Of a stretch of DNA of 64,000 bases, positions 9,943-19,114 are shown piece after piece. How positions within the stretch are numbered: the stretch's first letter is position 1; the number at the start of each line of letters is the position of its first letter. The notes under the pieces are model-generated. The model saw only the letters and a list, made by a program, of their open reading frames with translations. It had not been told where the DNA came from and did not search any database. Source of the DNA: Pseudomonadota bacterium (lineage in GTDB: Bacteria > Pseudomonadota > Gammaproteobacteria > Pseudomonadales > Halomonadaceae). The stretch covers positions 15,002 through 79,001 of the forward strand of contig JBNJFC010000001.1 in assembly GCA_051746485.1 (NCBI GenBank), given 5' to 3'. A program made the position numbers and the translations under genes.

Positions 9943-11892
9943 TTACTGATTAACGCGGTGCTCAATAAGCTCATCGACCACGCTGGGGTCCGCCAAGGTA
10001 CTGGTATCCCCTAGGCCATCACACTCATTGGCGGCGATTTTGCGCAGAATGCGGCGCATAATCTTGCCCGAGCGCGTTTTCGGCAGCCCCGGCGCCCACT
10101 GGATCACATCCGGCGAGGCAATTGGGCCGATATCTTTACGCACCCATTTGGTCAGCTCTTTTTTGAGCTCATCGGTGGGGTCAATGCCATCGTTGAGGGT
10201 GACATAGATGTAGATACCTTGGCCTTTGATATCGTGCGGGTAGCCCACCACGGCCGCTTCGGCAACCGCATCGTGTGCTACCAGCGACGATTCGATTTCC
10301 GCGGTACCCATGCGGTGTCCAGAGACATTGAGGACGTCGTCTACGCGGCCAGTAATCCAGTAATAGCCGTCTTCATCGCGACGGCAGCCGTCACCGGTGA
10401 AGTACATGTTGTCGTAGGTCGAGAAATACGTCTGTACGAAACGGTCATGGTCACCCCAAATGGAACGAGCCTGACCCGGCCAGGAATCAAGGATTACCAA
10501 GTTACCCTCGGTGGCACCCTCAAGCATGTTGCCTTCATTATCCACCAGCGCAGGCTGCACACCGAAAAACGGCTTGGTTGCTGAGCCCGGTTTCAGCGCG
10601 GTGGCGCCAGGCAACGGCGAAATCATGATGCCACCGGTTTCGGTTTGCCACCAGGTATCGACAATCGGGCACTTCTCGTTGCCGATCACGCGGTAGAACC
10701 ACTCCCACGCTTCGGGGTTGATCGGCTCACCGACCGAGCCGAGTAGGCGCAGGCTTTCGCGTGAGCTCGAATCCATCACGCTATCACCGTGGGCCATCAG
10801 CGCACGCACGGCAGTCGGCGCAGTATAGAGAATGTTGACCTTGTGCTTATCGACAATCTCGCCAATACGGCCATGGCTTGGGTAGCTCGGCACGCCTTCA
10901 AACATCAGCGTGGTAGCGCCGTTGGCGAGCGGGCCGTAAACGATGTAGCTATGCCCGGTTACCCAGCCCACATCGGCGGTGCACCAGAAAACTTCGCCGT
11001 CTTGATAGTCGAAAACATACTGGTGCGTCATCGCGGCAAAGGTGAGATAACCGCCTGTTGTATGTTTAAGACCTTTCGGTGCGCCGGTAGAACCCGAGGT
11101 ATATAGAATAAACAGCGGATCTTCCCCGCCCACCGCTTCGGACTCACACTCGGTAGACTGCTTATCGACTAGATCGCCGAACCACAAATCGCGGCCTTCA
11201 TTCCAATCGACATCGCCACCGGTGCGCTTAACGACCAACACGTTCTTGCACACATCGGTGCCGTCACGGGTCAAAGCCGCGTCCACGTTATCTTTTAGCG
11301 GCACCTGTTTACCGCCACGTACGGATTCATCAGCGGTGATAACGAGCTTGGAGTTAGCGCCGATCACGCGCTGCGCCACGGCATCCGGCGAGAAGCCGCC
11401 GAAAACGACCGAGTGCACCGCACCGATACGGGCACAAGCCAGCATGGCCATGGCCGCTTCAGGAATCATGGGCATGTAAAGCGTAACGGTATCGCCTTTG
11501 CTTACGCCTAGCTCTTTGAGCGCATTCGCCAGCTGATTAGTACGTTCGTAAAGTTCACGGTAGGAAATATGCTTAGTGTCGTTCGGGTCATCGCCTTCCC
11601 AAATGATCGCGGTTTGGTCGCCGCGTTTTTCAAGATGGCGATCTAGACAGTTCGCTGCCACGTTCAACTCGCCGTCTTCAAACCAGCGGATGTCCACGTT
11701 ATTACGGTCAAACGACGTGCTTTTGATCTTGTTCGGGGCTTTAATCCAGTCAAGGCGCTTTGCCTGCTCGGCCCAGAAGCCTTCCGGGTCATCTACCGAA
11801 CGCTGGTACATGGCCGCATACGTTTTTTCATCGGCCCAAGCATTGGCGGCGATATCGTCGCGCACCGGATAGACATTCTGTTGTTCGCTCAT
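9943..11892 (-). CDS. acs: Acetyl-CoA synthetase
   Basis: [21 protein letters not shown] and [12 protein letters not shown] motifs. Confidence 0.97.
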   Translation of the reverse strand: MSEQQNVYPVRDDIAANAWADEKTYAAMYQRSVDDPEGFWAEQAKRLDWIKAPNKIKSTSFDRNNVDIRWFEDGELNVAANCLDRHLEKRGDQTAIIWEGDDPNDTKHISYRELYERTNQLANALKELGVSKGDTVTLYMPMIPEAAMAMLACARIGAVHSVVFGGFSPDAVAQRVIGANSKLVITADESVRGGKQVPLKDNVDAALTRDGTDVCKNVLVVKRTGGDVDWNEGRDLWFGDLVDKQSTECESEAVGGEDPLFILYTSGSTGAPKGLKHTTGGYLTFAAMTHQYVFDYQDGEVFWCTADVGWVTGHSYIVYGPLANGATTLMFEGVPSYPSHGRIGEIVDKHKVNILYTAPTAVRALMAHGDSVMDSSSRESLRLLGSVGEPINPEAWEWFYRVIGNEKCPIVDTWWQTETGGIMISPLPGATALKPGSATKPFFGVQPALVDNEGNMLEGATEGNLVILDSWPGQARSIWGDHDRFVQTYFSTYDNMYFTGDGCRRDEDGYYWITGRVDDVLNVSGHRMGTAEIESSLVAHDAVAEAAVVGYPHDIKGQGIYIYVTLNDGIDPTDELKKELTKWVRKDIGPIASPDVIQWAPGLPKTRSGKIMRRILRKIAANECDGLGDTSTLADPSVVDELIEHRVNQ

Positions 11893-12017
11893 GAAATTGC
11901 CTCTGTCCGTGGAAATGCACTCTCTATAAGAATGTAGCCGGAATTGTTATTTACTGCACCGGCATTACTATTATGAATGTTCTCCTAGCATAAACCCCCA
12001 AGCGCGCCCTTCCCTTT

Positions 12018-12029
12018 AGACATTGGTAT
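12018..12029 (-). promoter_or_regulatory. Putative CrbR/ErdR site upstream of acs
   Basis: Minus strand ATACCAATGTCT, near-identical to the site upstream of actP. Confidence 0.55.
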
Positions 12030-12069
12030 TAACATTTTTTATTTAAATAACAAAGGCTTATGCTGCTAT

Positions 12070-12651
12070 TTACGGCGTTTCACGGCCGCAATAGACCAAG
12101 GTCTGAGCGCACTGACGGCAACAGTAACGCTGCCCACCTTGGGCGCGTGCGTGGCGCTGTGCGGTAAAGGCGTGTCGGCGGCAAGCGCACGCGTAACGGT
12201 ATGGCGCTCGTTGTGCACGTTGAATATCGAACCGGTGAGTCACATCAGGCGGTAAGCCAAAAAGGTCGCGCATAACGGCTTGCCATTCGCGACCATGCGG
12301 CTTTAAGCGCGGGCCATTTTGAAGATGGAAGACCAACCAGTGAGCCATCTCATGGGGAATCACCTGGTCAAAAAACGCGCTGCGGTTCTCACTGAGCAGC
12401 ACCGGGTTAAAGCGCAAGCCACCGCGGCCCAGATGCGCTTGCCCAGCTGAGGCGCCTTTAAGATCAAACCACACCTTGGGCTGCACCAGCGCCGGATAAA
12501 CCTCACGACAGCGCTGCCAGGCTTGCTCAACCCGGGCGTTTGCGGCCTCGATAAGCGCCGACTCTCCCAATGCCGCAAGCTGCTCTGCCGGCCACGCTGG
12601 CAGCGGCGCCGCCTGGGTTTGAAGATATCCGTTTGATGATAAACTGCTCAC
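12070..12651 (-). CDS. sprT: SprT-family zinc metalloprotease
   Basis: HEMAH (HExxH), PHGREWQ and C-terminal YRYACAC...YCCRQC. Start codon uncertain. Confidence 0.85.
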   Translation of the reverse strand: MSSLSSNGYLQTQAAPLPAWPAEQLAALGESALIEAANARVEQAWQRCREVYPALVQPKVWFDLKGASAGQAHLGRGGLRFNPVLLSENRSAFFDQVIPHEMAHWLVFHLQNGPRLKPHGREWQAVMRDLFGLPPDVTHRFDIQRAQRAPYRYACACRRHAFTAQRHARAQGGQRYCCRQCAQTLVYCGRETP

Positions 12652-12686
12652 ATCCTACCCTTTGACTTTTCTGCTAGAGGCTCTGT

Positions 12687-13343
12687 ATGTCACCGCGCGA
12701 CAACGCCCCCGAAGCGACGCCCCCACAGCCGCTACTCGACGACGAGCAGCTTGACCGCCTGGATGACTTTCTCGACTCCGAGCAGGTCGATGAAGACGCG
12801 CTCGATCTGATTTCAGCCCATGGCTTTATGGTCGCGCTGGCCGTGGCGCCCAGCGAACTCCCCGATGCCGAGTGGCTAGCCGAACTCTTTCAAGGCGAGC
12901 CACGTTATGCTGACGATGCCGAACGTAACGAGATTATCGGCTTGCTTGCCGCCCTGCGCGACAACGCCATGGCCGTGCTTGAGCAAGGTGGGCTGCCAGA
13001 GCTTCCGTTTGAGTTAACGCTCGACGGCCTCCCCGCGGAAGAAACCCCCATTGGCGACTGGTGCGCAGGGTTCATGGAAGGCGTCTTTTGCGATGAAAGC
13101 GCCTGGTTTGCCGACGATGAAGAAGCTGCCGCCACGTTTTTGCTGCCGTTTATGCTGCTCTCAGGTCTGTTTGATGACGAGCCTGATATGGCCGAGCTTG
13201 CAAGCGACGATACCCGCCAAGAGGCACTCGTCGCTCAGCTGCCCGAGCTTCTTCTCGACCTTTACCTGCACTACCGCGTGCCACCGGAAACCCCGAAGCC
13301 CAAACCACGCAAGAAAACCCCGGCCAAGGGCAAAAAACGCTAG
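12687..13343 (+). CDS. UPF0149/YecA-family protein
   Basis: LDDFLDS...HGFMVAL...W and DWCAGFMEG motifs; very acidic; no SEC-C motif. Confidence 0.8.
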   Translation: MSPRDNAPEATPPQPLLDDEQLDRLDDFLDSEQVDEDALDLISAHGFMVALAVAPSELPDAEWLAELFQGEPRYADDAERNEIIGLLAALRDNAMAVLEQGGLPELPFELTLDGLPAEETPIGDWCAGFMEGVFCDESAWFADDEEAAATFLLPFMLLSGLFDDEPDMAELASDDTRQEALVAQLPELLLDLYLHYRVPPETPKPKPRKKTPAKGKKR

Positions 13344-13345
13344 CG

Positions 13346-14470
13346 CTATTTAAGCCGGGTGATTAACCCATCCAGCGAGCCAAATAGCCACTCCTTGGCT
13401 CGCTGTGGCCAGGGACGAGCCGCCCATGCGGCCGCGTCCACTTCGTCACTGGTGGCAAAGTTACGCTCAAACAGCTCGTGCACTTCCTCTGCAAACTGCG
13501 GATCGTCAACTTCCTGATTGGCCTCTAAATTCCAGTGCAAGTTCCAGTGATCGAAATTGCACGACCCGATGCTGCTCCAATTATCAGCCAAGACAAATTT
13601 GGCATGAATAAAGGTCGGCTGAAACTCATAAATGCGTACGCCCGCTTTCAACAGCGCTTGATAAAAGCGCTGCGACGCGTAACGCACCCCAGGGTGATCA
13701 TTTTCGCTTCCCGGTAGCAGTAAGCGCACATCCACGCCACGCCGGGCGGCCCGAGCCAAGCGCCGCCGCAGGGTAAACGTGGGAACAAAATAAGGTGTAC
13801 AGAGCCATAACCGCGTTGCGGTGCCATCCACGCGTTGGTGCAGCGAACGCCGAATGGCCTGATAGCGATAGCCACGTCCATCCATGGCGCGCCCCCGCAT
13901 TTGCCCCTTCGGGCGCTGTGCGTCGGCACGCGATGACGGGAGCCCTATGGCGGGCTTGTCGATACCATAATCGCGCGTCATGCGCGAATCCCAAAGATGC
14001 CGGAAGAGCGCCTCCCAATCGGTCACTACCGGCCCTTCGGCGCGTACAGCGATTTCATACCAGGCGTTAAGAAACGCATCCACGGCGCCAAAGCCGCCCA
14101 CAAACGCCATCTGGCCATCCACTAGCATGATTTTACGATGGTCACGGCTTAAATTACGCGCCAAAGAGTGAAAGCCCAAGGGGTTAAAAAAACGTAGCGC
14201 TACACCTTCCTCGTGTAATCGCCGCCGGTCGGCGTTTGAAAGCCCCATTGCACCGTAGCCGTCCAACAAAAGAGCAACGTAAACGCCACGTCGAGCCGTT
14301 TGCGTCAGAGTGTCTATAACCCTGTCAGCAAGCGTGCCAGACTCCATGAGGTAAAGCTCTAGAAGCACATAGTGTTCTGCCTGCTCAATCGCGGTAAACA
14401 TCGCGGGTAAAAACCGCTTCGATTCCGGCAACAGCGTAAAGCGGTTATGAACGTGCCAGCCATGGCGCAT
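13346..14470 (-). CDS. Cardiolipin synthase-like phospholipase D (ClsB-type)
   Basis: Two HKD motifs (RDHRKIMLVDG, HAKFVLAD) and TPYFVP; no N-terminal TM anchor. Confidence 0.85.
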   Translation of the reverse strand: MRHGWHVHNRFTLLPESKRFLPAMFTAIEQAEHYVLLELYLMESGTLADRVIDTLTQTARRGVYVALLLDGYGAMGLSNADRRRLHEEGVALRFFNPLGFHSLARNLSRDHRKIMLVDGQMAFVGGFGAVDAFLNAWYEIAVRAEGPVVTDWEALFRHLWDSRMTRDYGIDKPAIGLPSSRADAQRPKGQMRGRAMDGRGYRYQAIRRSLHQRVDGTATRLWLCTPYFVPTFTLRRRLARAARRGVDVRLLLPGSENDHPGVRYASQRFYQALLKAGVRIYEFQPTFIHAKFVLADNWSSIGSCNFDHWNLHWNLEANQEVDDPQFAEEVHELFERNFATSDEVDAAAWAARPWPQRAKEWLFGSLDGLITRLK

Positions 14471-14504
14471 AGCGGGCTCCTTAGCGTTTTGGCTAGTACC
14501 CAGC

Positions 14505-15209
14505 TTAGCGCTTTAACGAGCGATGTACATACACATCGTAGCGGCTGGTCTTACCTTCGATGGTATGTTGCGGGGTGGGTCCCTCAATTGGGGGCGCCTT
14601 GCGCGGGCGCTTGACCACCACGCGATGGGTCGCCACTGAAAGCGCTGCATGAAGGAGCTCGCCAGCGTCGGTGTCATCACCGGCGAGTTCGCGGAACAGC
14701 CGCATCTCCTTTTTTACCAGCGCCGATTTCTCACGATGCGGAAACATCGGGTCGAGGTGAACCACATGAGGGGGAAAATCGGCATCTGCCACGATGGCGG
14801 CTAGTTCCCGGGTAGCATCGCCTACGCGCAGCTGCATGCGCGCCGCGATATCGGCGGTCTCCACCTCCTTGCTCGCGAGGTACAAACCATCGGCTAGGAG
14901 TGCTGCAATCGCGGGCACACGCTCTACCATGAGCACTCGCGCGCCTAAACTTGCCAGCACAAAGGCATCGCGGCCAAGCCCTGCCGTGGCATCCACCACG
15001 TTAGGGGTCACGCCTTTTGCTAACCCACACGCTTTTGCCACGAGCTGTCCGCGCCCCCCGCCAAACCGGCGTCGGTGGCCAGCCTTACCACCGACGAAGT
15101 CCACCCGCAGCGGCTTGCCGTAGCGCGCCTCATCGGCCGCCAGCACCAGGCCTTCCTCTCGCGATTCAAGGGCAAGCCCTGGCGGCAAGGAAATATCGTC
15201 CTGCGTCAT
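14505..15209 (-). CDS. rsmJ: 16S rRNA m2G1516 methyltransferase
   Basis: [33 protein letters not shown] and RVVVKRP motifs. ATG 15209 overlaps the tsaB stop (ATGA). Confidence 0.92.
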   Translation of the reverse strand: MTQDDISLPPGLALESREEGLVLAADEARYGKPLRVDFVGGKAGHRRRFGGGRGQLVAKACGLAKGVTPNVVDATAGLGRDAFVLASLGARVLMVERVPAIAALLADGLYLASKEVETADIAARMQLRVGDATRELAAIVADADFPPHVVHLDPMFPHREKSALVKKEMRLFRELAGDDTDAGELLHAALSVATHRVVVKRPRKAPPIEGPTPQHTIEGKTSRYDVYVHRSLKR

Positions 15210-15904
15210 GCTGGTTTTTTCCAAGCCACATTGTTACGCAGGTAGACCGGCTGGGCGTCATAGGCCGCTTTTCCAAGACCCGCGTCAAAGTCGCGAGCGG
15301 CTAGCCGGGCCATTTCTTCGGCGCGGGGCTCTACATCACTTAGGTGCTGCAACATCGCAATGTGCACCTCAGCAGTAAACTGCTCCCATAGGGTAAAGCC
15401 TGAACCCACACCGGCCCAGTCGGTATCTTGGCGGGGCAGTGAAAAGCGCGCGGGCGGCAGCACCGCTTCGTCGCTTAGTGCTGTAACCCGGCCATCGGCA
15501 CAGTGCCACGCTGCCGCGTAGATTTCCCCCATCCGGGCGTCTATCGCCGTCGCAACGTAGCGGTAGTGAAAACGCCGGTGAGCCTGCAGTGCAAGCGCTT
15601 CCAACGTCGATACTCCGATGAGCGGACGGTCCAAGCCAAAAGCCAAACCCTGCGCGGTTCCCGCCGCAATTCGAAGACCGGTGAAAGACCCCGGCCCACG
15701 CCCAAACGCCACGGCGTCAAGCTGAGCGGGGGTCACACCGGCTTCAGCGAGCACGTCATTCACCATCGGCATTAGGCGTCGGGTATGCGCGCGCGGCGTC
15801 ATTTCGAAGCGCGCAAGACAGGTTTCGCGATCTCCATCACGGCGCAGCAGCGCCGCCGAGCACGCGCTGGAAGAGGCGTCTAACGCCAATAGGTGTAGCG
15901 ACAT
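15206..15904 (-). CDS. tsaB: tRNA t6A biosynthesis protein TsaB
   Basis: [21 protein letters not shown] and PVYLR motifs. Confidence 0.95.
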   Translation of the reverse strand: MSLHLLALDASSSACSAALLRRDGDRETCLARFEMTPRAHTRRLMPMVNDVLAEAGVTPAQLDAVAFGRGPGSFTGLRIAAGTAQGLAFGLDRPLIGVSTLEALALQAHRRFHYRYVATAIDARMGEIYAAAWHCADGRVTALSDEAVLPPARFSLPRQDTDWAGVGSGFTLWEQFTAEVHIAMLQHLSDVEPRAEEMARLAARDFDAGLGKAAYDAQPVYLRNNVAWKKPA

Positions 15905-15963
15905 ATAGTGAACCTACTTGAAAGCCAGTAAACGCCGAGATTATACCCACGCCATCCTTAAAC

Positions 15964-15994
15964 GACGATGGCCCGCACGCAGCGGGCCATCGTC
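15964..15994 (-). terminator. Intrinsic terminator of adk
   Basis: GACGATGGCCCGC-ACGCA-GCGGGCCATCGTC, a 13-bp stem. Confidence 0.75.
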
Positions 15995-15999
15995 ACATG

Positions 16000-16083
16000 C
16001 ACGTTATCGCAACGTACCTGCTATATCCTACTTATCACATCGTGCTTATCACACTGTACTTGTCAAATCGTACTTATCTCAGC
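16000..16083. repeat. Degenerate 14-bp tandem repeat, 5-6 copies, between the adk stop and its terminator
   Basis: GTACCTGCTATATC/CTACTTATCACATC/GTGCTTATCACACT/GTACTTGTCAAATC/GTACTTATCTCAGC. Confidence 0.85.
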
Positions 16084-16102
16084 TTAACTGACGGATCGCA
16101 AC

Positions 16103-16795
<693 letters not shown>

Positions 16796-16946
16796 TCACG
16801 ACAATACCCGCGCCAATGAGGCGACACAACTCCCCAAAAGCCTGAGAGCCATGTTTTTTGCCACCTTTTACGCTTCCAAAACAGCAATCTACCGCTAACG
16901 CTGTACTTTGGTCGTAACGCTATAGTCGTGTTGGTACAGATAAAAT

Positions 16947-16976
16947 CACCAACGGCGCCCGAAGGCGCCGCTGGTG
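16947..16976 (-). terminator. Intrinsic terminator of aceEF
   Basis: CACCAACGGCGCC-CGAA-GGCGCCGCTGGTG, followed by ATTTTAT on the minus strand. Confidence 0.75.
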
Positions 16977-17006
16977 GTCGTGCAATGGCATGCATGAGTC
17001 ATGCAT

Positions 17007-17054
17007 ACATAGTACTGGGCATGTTACTGAGTACAGTACCGAGTATAGCCTTGG
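17007..17054. repeat. Degenerate 12-bp tandem repeat, 4 copies, after the aceF stop
   Basis: ACATAGTACTGG/GCATGTTACTGA/GTACAGTACCGA/GTATAGCCTTGG. Confidence 0.6.
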
Positions 17055-17056
17055 GT

Positions 17057-19060
17057 CTATAGCAGTAAACGCCGGATATCGGTCAACACATCGGCCAAGA
17101 AGGCAGTGAAACGCGCCGCGTCTGCCCCATTAATGGCCCGGTGATCGTAGGACAGCGACAGCGGCATCATCAAACGCGGCTGGAAGGCATTGCCATCCCA
17201 CACCGGTTTCGTCTGCGATTTTGACACGCCCAAGATCGCCACTTCCGGTGCGTTGACGATCGGCGTAAACGCTGTGCCACCAATCGAGCCGAGGCTCGAA
17301 ATGGTGAAGCAGCCGCCGGTCATCTCTTCGCGTTTGAGCTTTTTGTTTTGCGCTTTTTTGCCCAACTCGGCCATATCCTTAGCGATCTCGATCAAGGACT
17401 TTTTGTCCGCGTCGCGCAGAACCGGCACCATCAAACCTTCCGGCGTATCCACGGCGATACCGATATGGACGTATTTCTTCCATACCATCGTCTCACCGTC
17501 GCCTTTCAGGCTGACGTTAAACTGCGGGAACTTACGCAGCGCAAAGGCACACGCTTTGACCAAAAACGGCAGCGGCGTGAGCTTGGCCCCCTGGGCTTCT
17601 GCTTCGGCTTTCATCGATTTGCGGAAAGCTTCAAGCTCGGTGATATCCGCCTCGTCGAACTGCGTCACGTGTGGCACGTTGAGCCAGCTGCGGTGCAGGT
17701 TGGTCGCGCCCATTTTGAGCAGACGGCCCATCGGCTTCTCTTCGACCTCACCAAACTGGCTGAAATCGACTTCCGGAATCTGCGGAATGCCACCACCGCT
17801 CGCCGCTGCTGCAGGAGCCGCCGCTTGCGCGCTGCCTTTTGTCAGCGCCTGCTTGACGTAGTTTTGCACGTCCTCTTTCAGCACGCGGTCTTTGGGACCT
17901 GTTGGCTTCACCAGGGCAAGGTCGACACCCAGCTCGCGGGCCAGCATCCGTACCGCGGGTCCAGCGTGCACCAACTTGCCATCGCGTGGTTTATGGGATG
18001 CCATCTGCGCTTCGGGGCTGGGCGTCCCACCACTGCTCGCCGGGGTCGACTGCGATGAAGCAGAGCCCGAAGAGGCTGGCTTATCCGCTGTGGGCTTTTT
18101 CGGTGCCGCTTTTTTGGCCCCTGCTACTTCGATATAGCCGATGACATCGCCTTCAGATACGGTGTCGCCTTCTTTCACCGTCAGTTCCAAAAGCTTGCCT
18201 TTGTAAGGACTCGGCACGTCCATCGACGCCTTATCGGACTCCAGCGTGATCAGCGGGTCTTCCTCGTTGACCTCGTCACCGGCGGCAACACCAATTTCAA
18301 TAATCGGCACATCCGCAGAGCCGGAAAGATCCGGCACGCGAATCTCTTTGCGCTCAGGTTCACCGCTACCGCTTTCTTGTTCAGCAGCCTCTTCTTCCGG
18401 CTCACTGGCTTCGGCAGGAGCGGCTTTCTCGGCGGGCGCGGCTTCGGCTTGATCGCTACCACCGCCTTCACCGGCGATTTCCATCTGGCCGATCACGTCA
18501 CCTTCAGAGACGGTGTCGCCCTCTTTCGCCGTAAACGCCACGATCTTGCCCGAATACGGGCTTGGGACGTCCATCGAGGCTTTGTCAGACTCCAGCGTCA
18601 TCAGCGTATCTTCCGCGCTGACCTCATCGCCTTCACCGACGGCCACTTCGATAATTTCGACGTCTTCCGAGCCGCCAAGATCCGGCACGATGATATCCAC
18701 GGTCTGCTTACCGCCGCTGCCAGAAGTGGCTTTTGGCGCCTCTTGCTGCTGCGATGACGGCGATGACGAAGCGGCGGGCTCTGGCGCTGATTCGGCTGAC
18801 GCCGTCTCTTTCTCGCCGCCACCTTCAGCTTCGATTTCGACGATGTCGTCGCCTTCCGAGACAGTGTCACCCTCTTTGACCAGCACCTTAATGACCTTGC
18901 CGCCTTTGGGCGCTGGGACATCCATGCTGGCCTTGTCGGATTCCAGCGTGATCAAGGTGTCTTCCGCCTCGATGACGTCGCCTTCCGACACCGCAATCTC
19001 AATGATTTCGACATCGGTGTCGCCGCCGATATCGGGGACTTTGATGATTTCGCTACTCAA
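17057..19060 (-). CDS. aceF: Pyruvate dehydrogenase E2 (three lipoyl domains)
   Basis: Three LESDKASMDVP lipoyl motifs, E3-binding HAGPAVR and catalytic SYDHRAINGAD; TTG start with SD GAGGAG. Confidence 0.97.
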   Translation of the reverse strand: MSSEIIKVPDIGGDTDVEIIEIAVSEGDVIEAEDTLITLESDKASMDVPAPKGGKVIKVLVKEGDTVSEGDDIVEIEAEGGGEKETASAESAPEPAASSSPSSQQQEAPKATSGSGGKQTVDIIVPDLGGSEDVEIIEVAVGEGDEVSAEDTLMTLESDKASMDVPSPYSGKIVAFTAKEGDTVSEGDVIGQMEIAGEGGGSDQAEAAPAEKAAPAEASEPEEEAAEQESGSGEPERKEIRVPDLSGSADVPIIEIGVAAGDEVNEEDPLITLESDKASMDVPSPYKGKLLELTVKEGDTVSEGDVIGYIEVAGAKKAAPKKPTADKPASSGSASSQSTPASSGGTPSPEAQMASHKPRDGKLVHAGPAVRMLARELGVDLALVKPTGPKDRVLKEDVQNYVKQALTKGSAQAAAPAAAASGGGIPQIPEVDFSQFGEVEEKPMGRLLKMGATNLHRSWLNVPHVTQFDEADITELEAFRKSMKAEAEAQGAKLTPLPFLVKACAFALRKFPQFNVSLKGDGETMVWKKYVHIGIAVDTPEGLMVPVLRDADKKSLIEIAKDMAELGKKAQNKKLKREEMTGGCFTISSLGSIGGTAFTPIVNAPEVAILGVSKSQTKPVWDGNAFQPRLMMPLSLSYDHRAINGADAARFTAFLADVLTDIRRLLL

Positions 19061-19114
19061 GGTCGCGCTCCTCTCAACTCGTCACAAGCCTGCGGGCAAC
19101 CCCGCAGGCCAGGA

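Noticed and set aside
13346-14470. PLD protein as a defence nuclease (Nuc/DrmC-like)
   Set aside because: It has two HKD motifs plus TPYFVP, typical of cardiolipin synthases, and sits among housekeeping genes.
18100-19050. Three near-identical DNA segments inside aceF
   Set aside because: They are the normal triplicated lipoyl domains.
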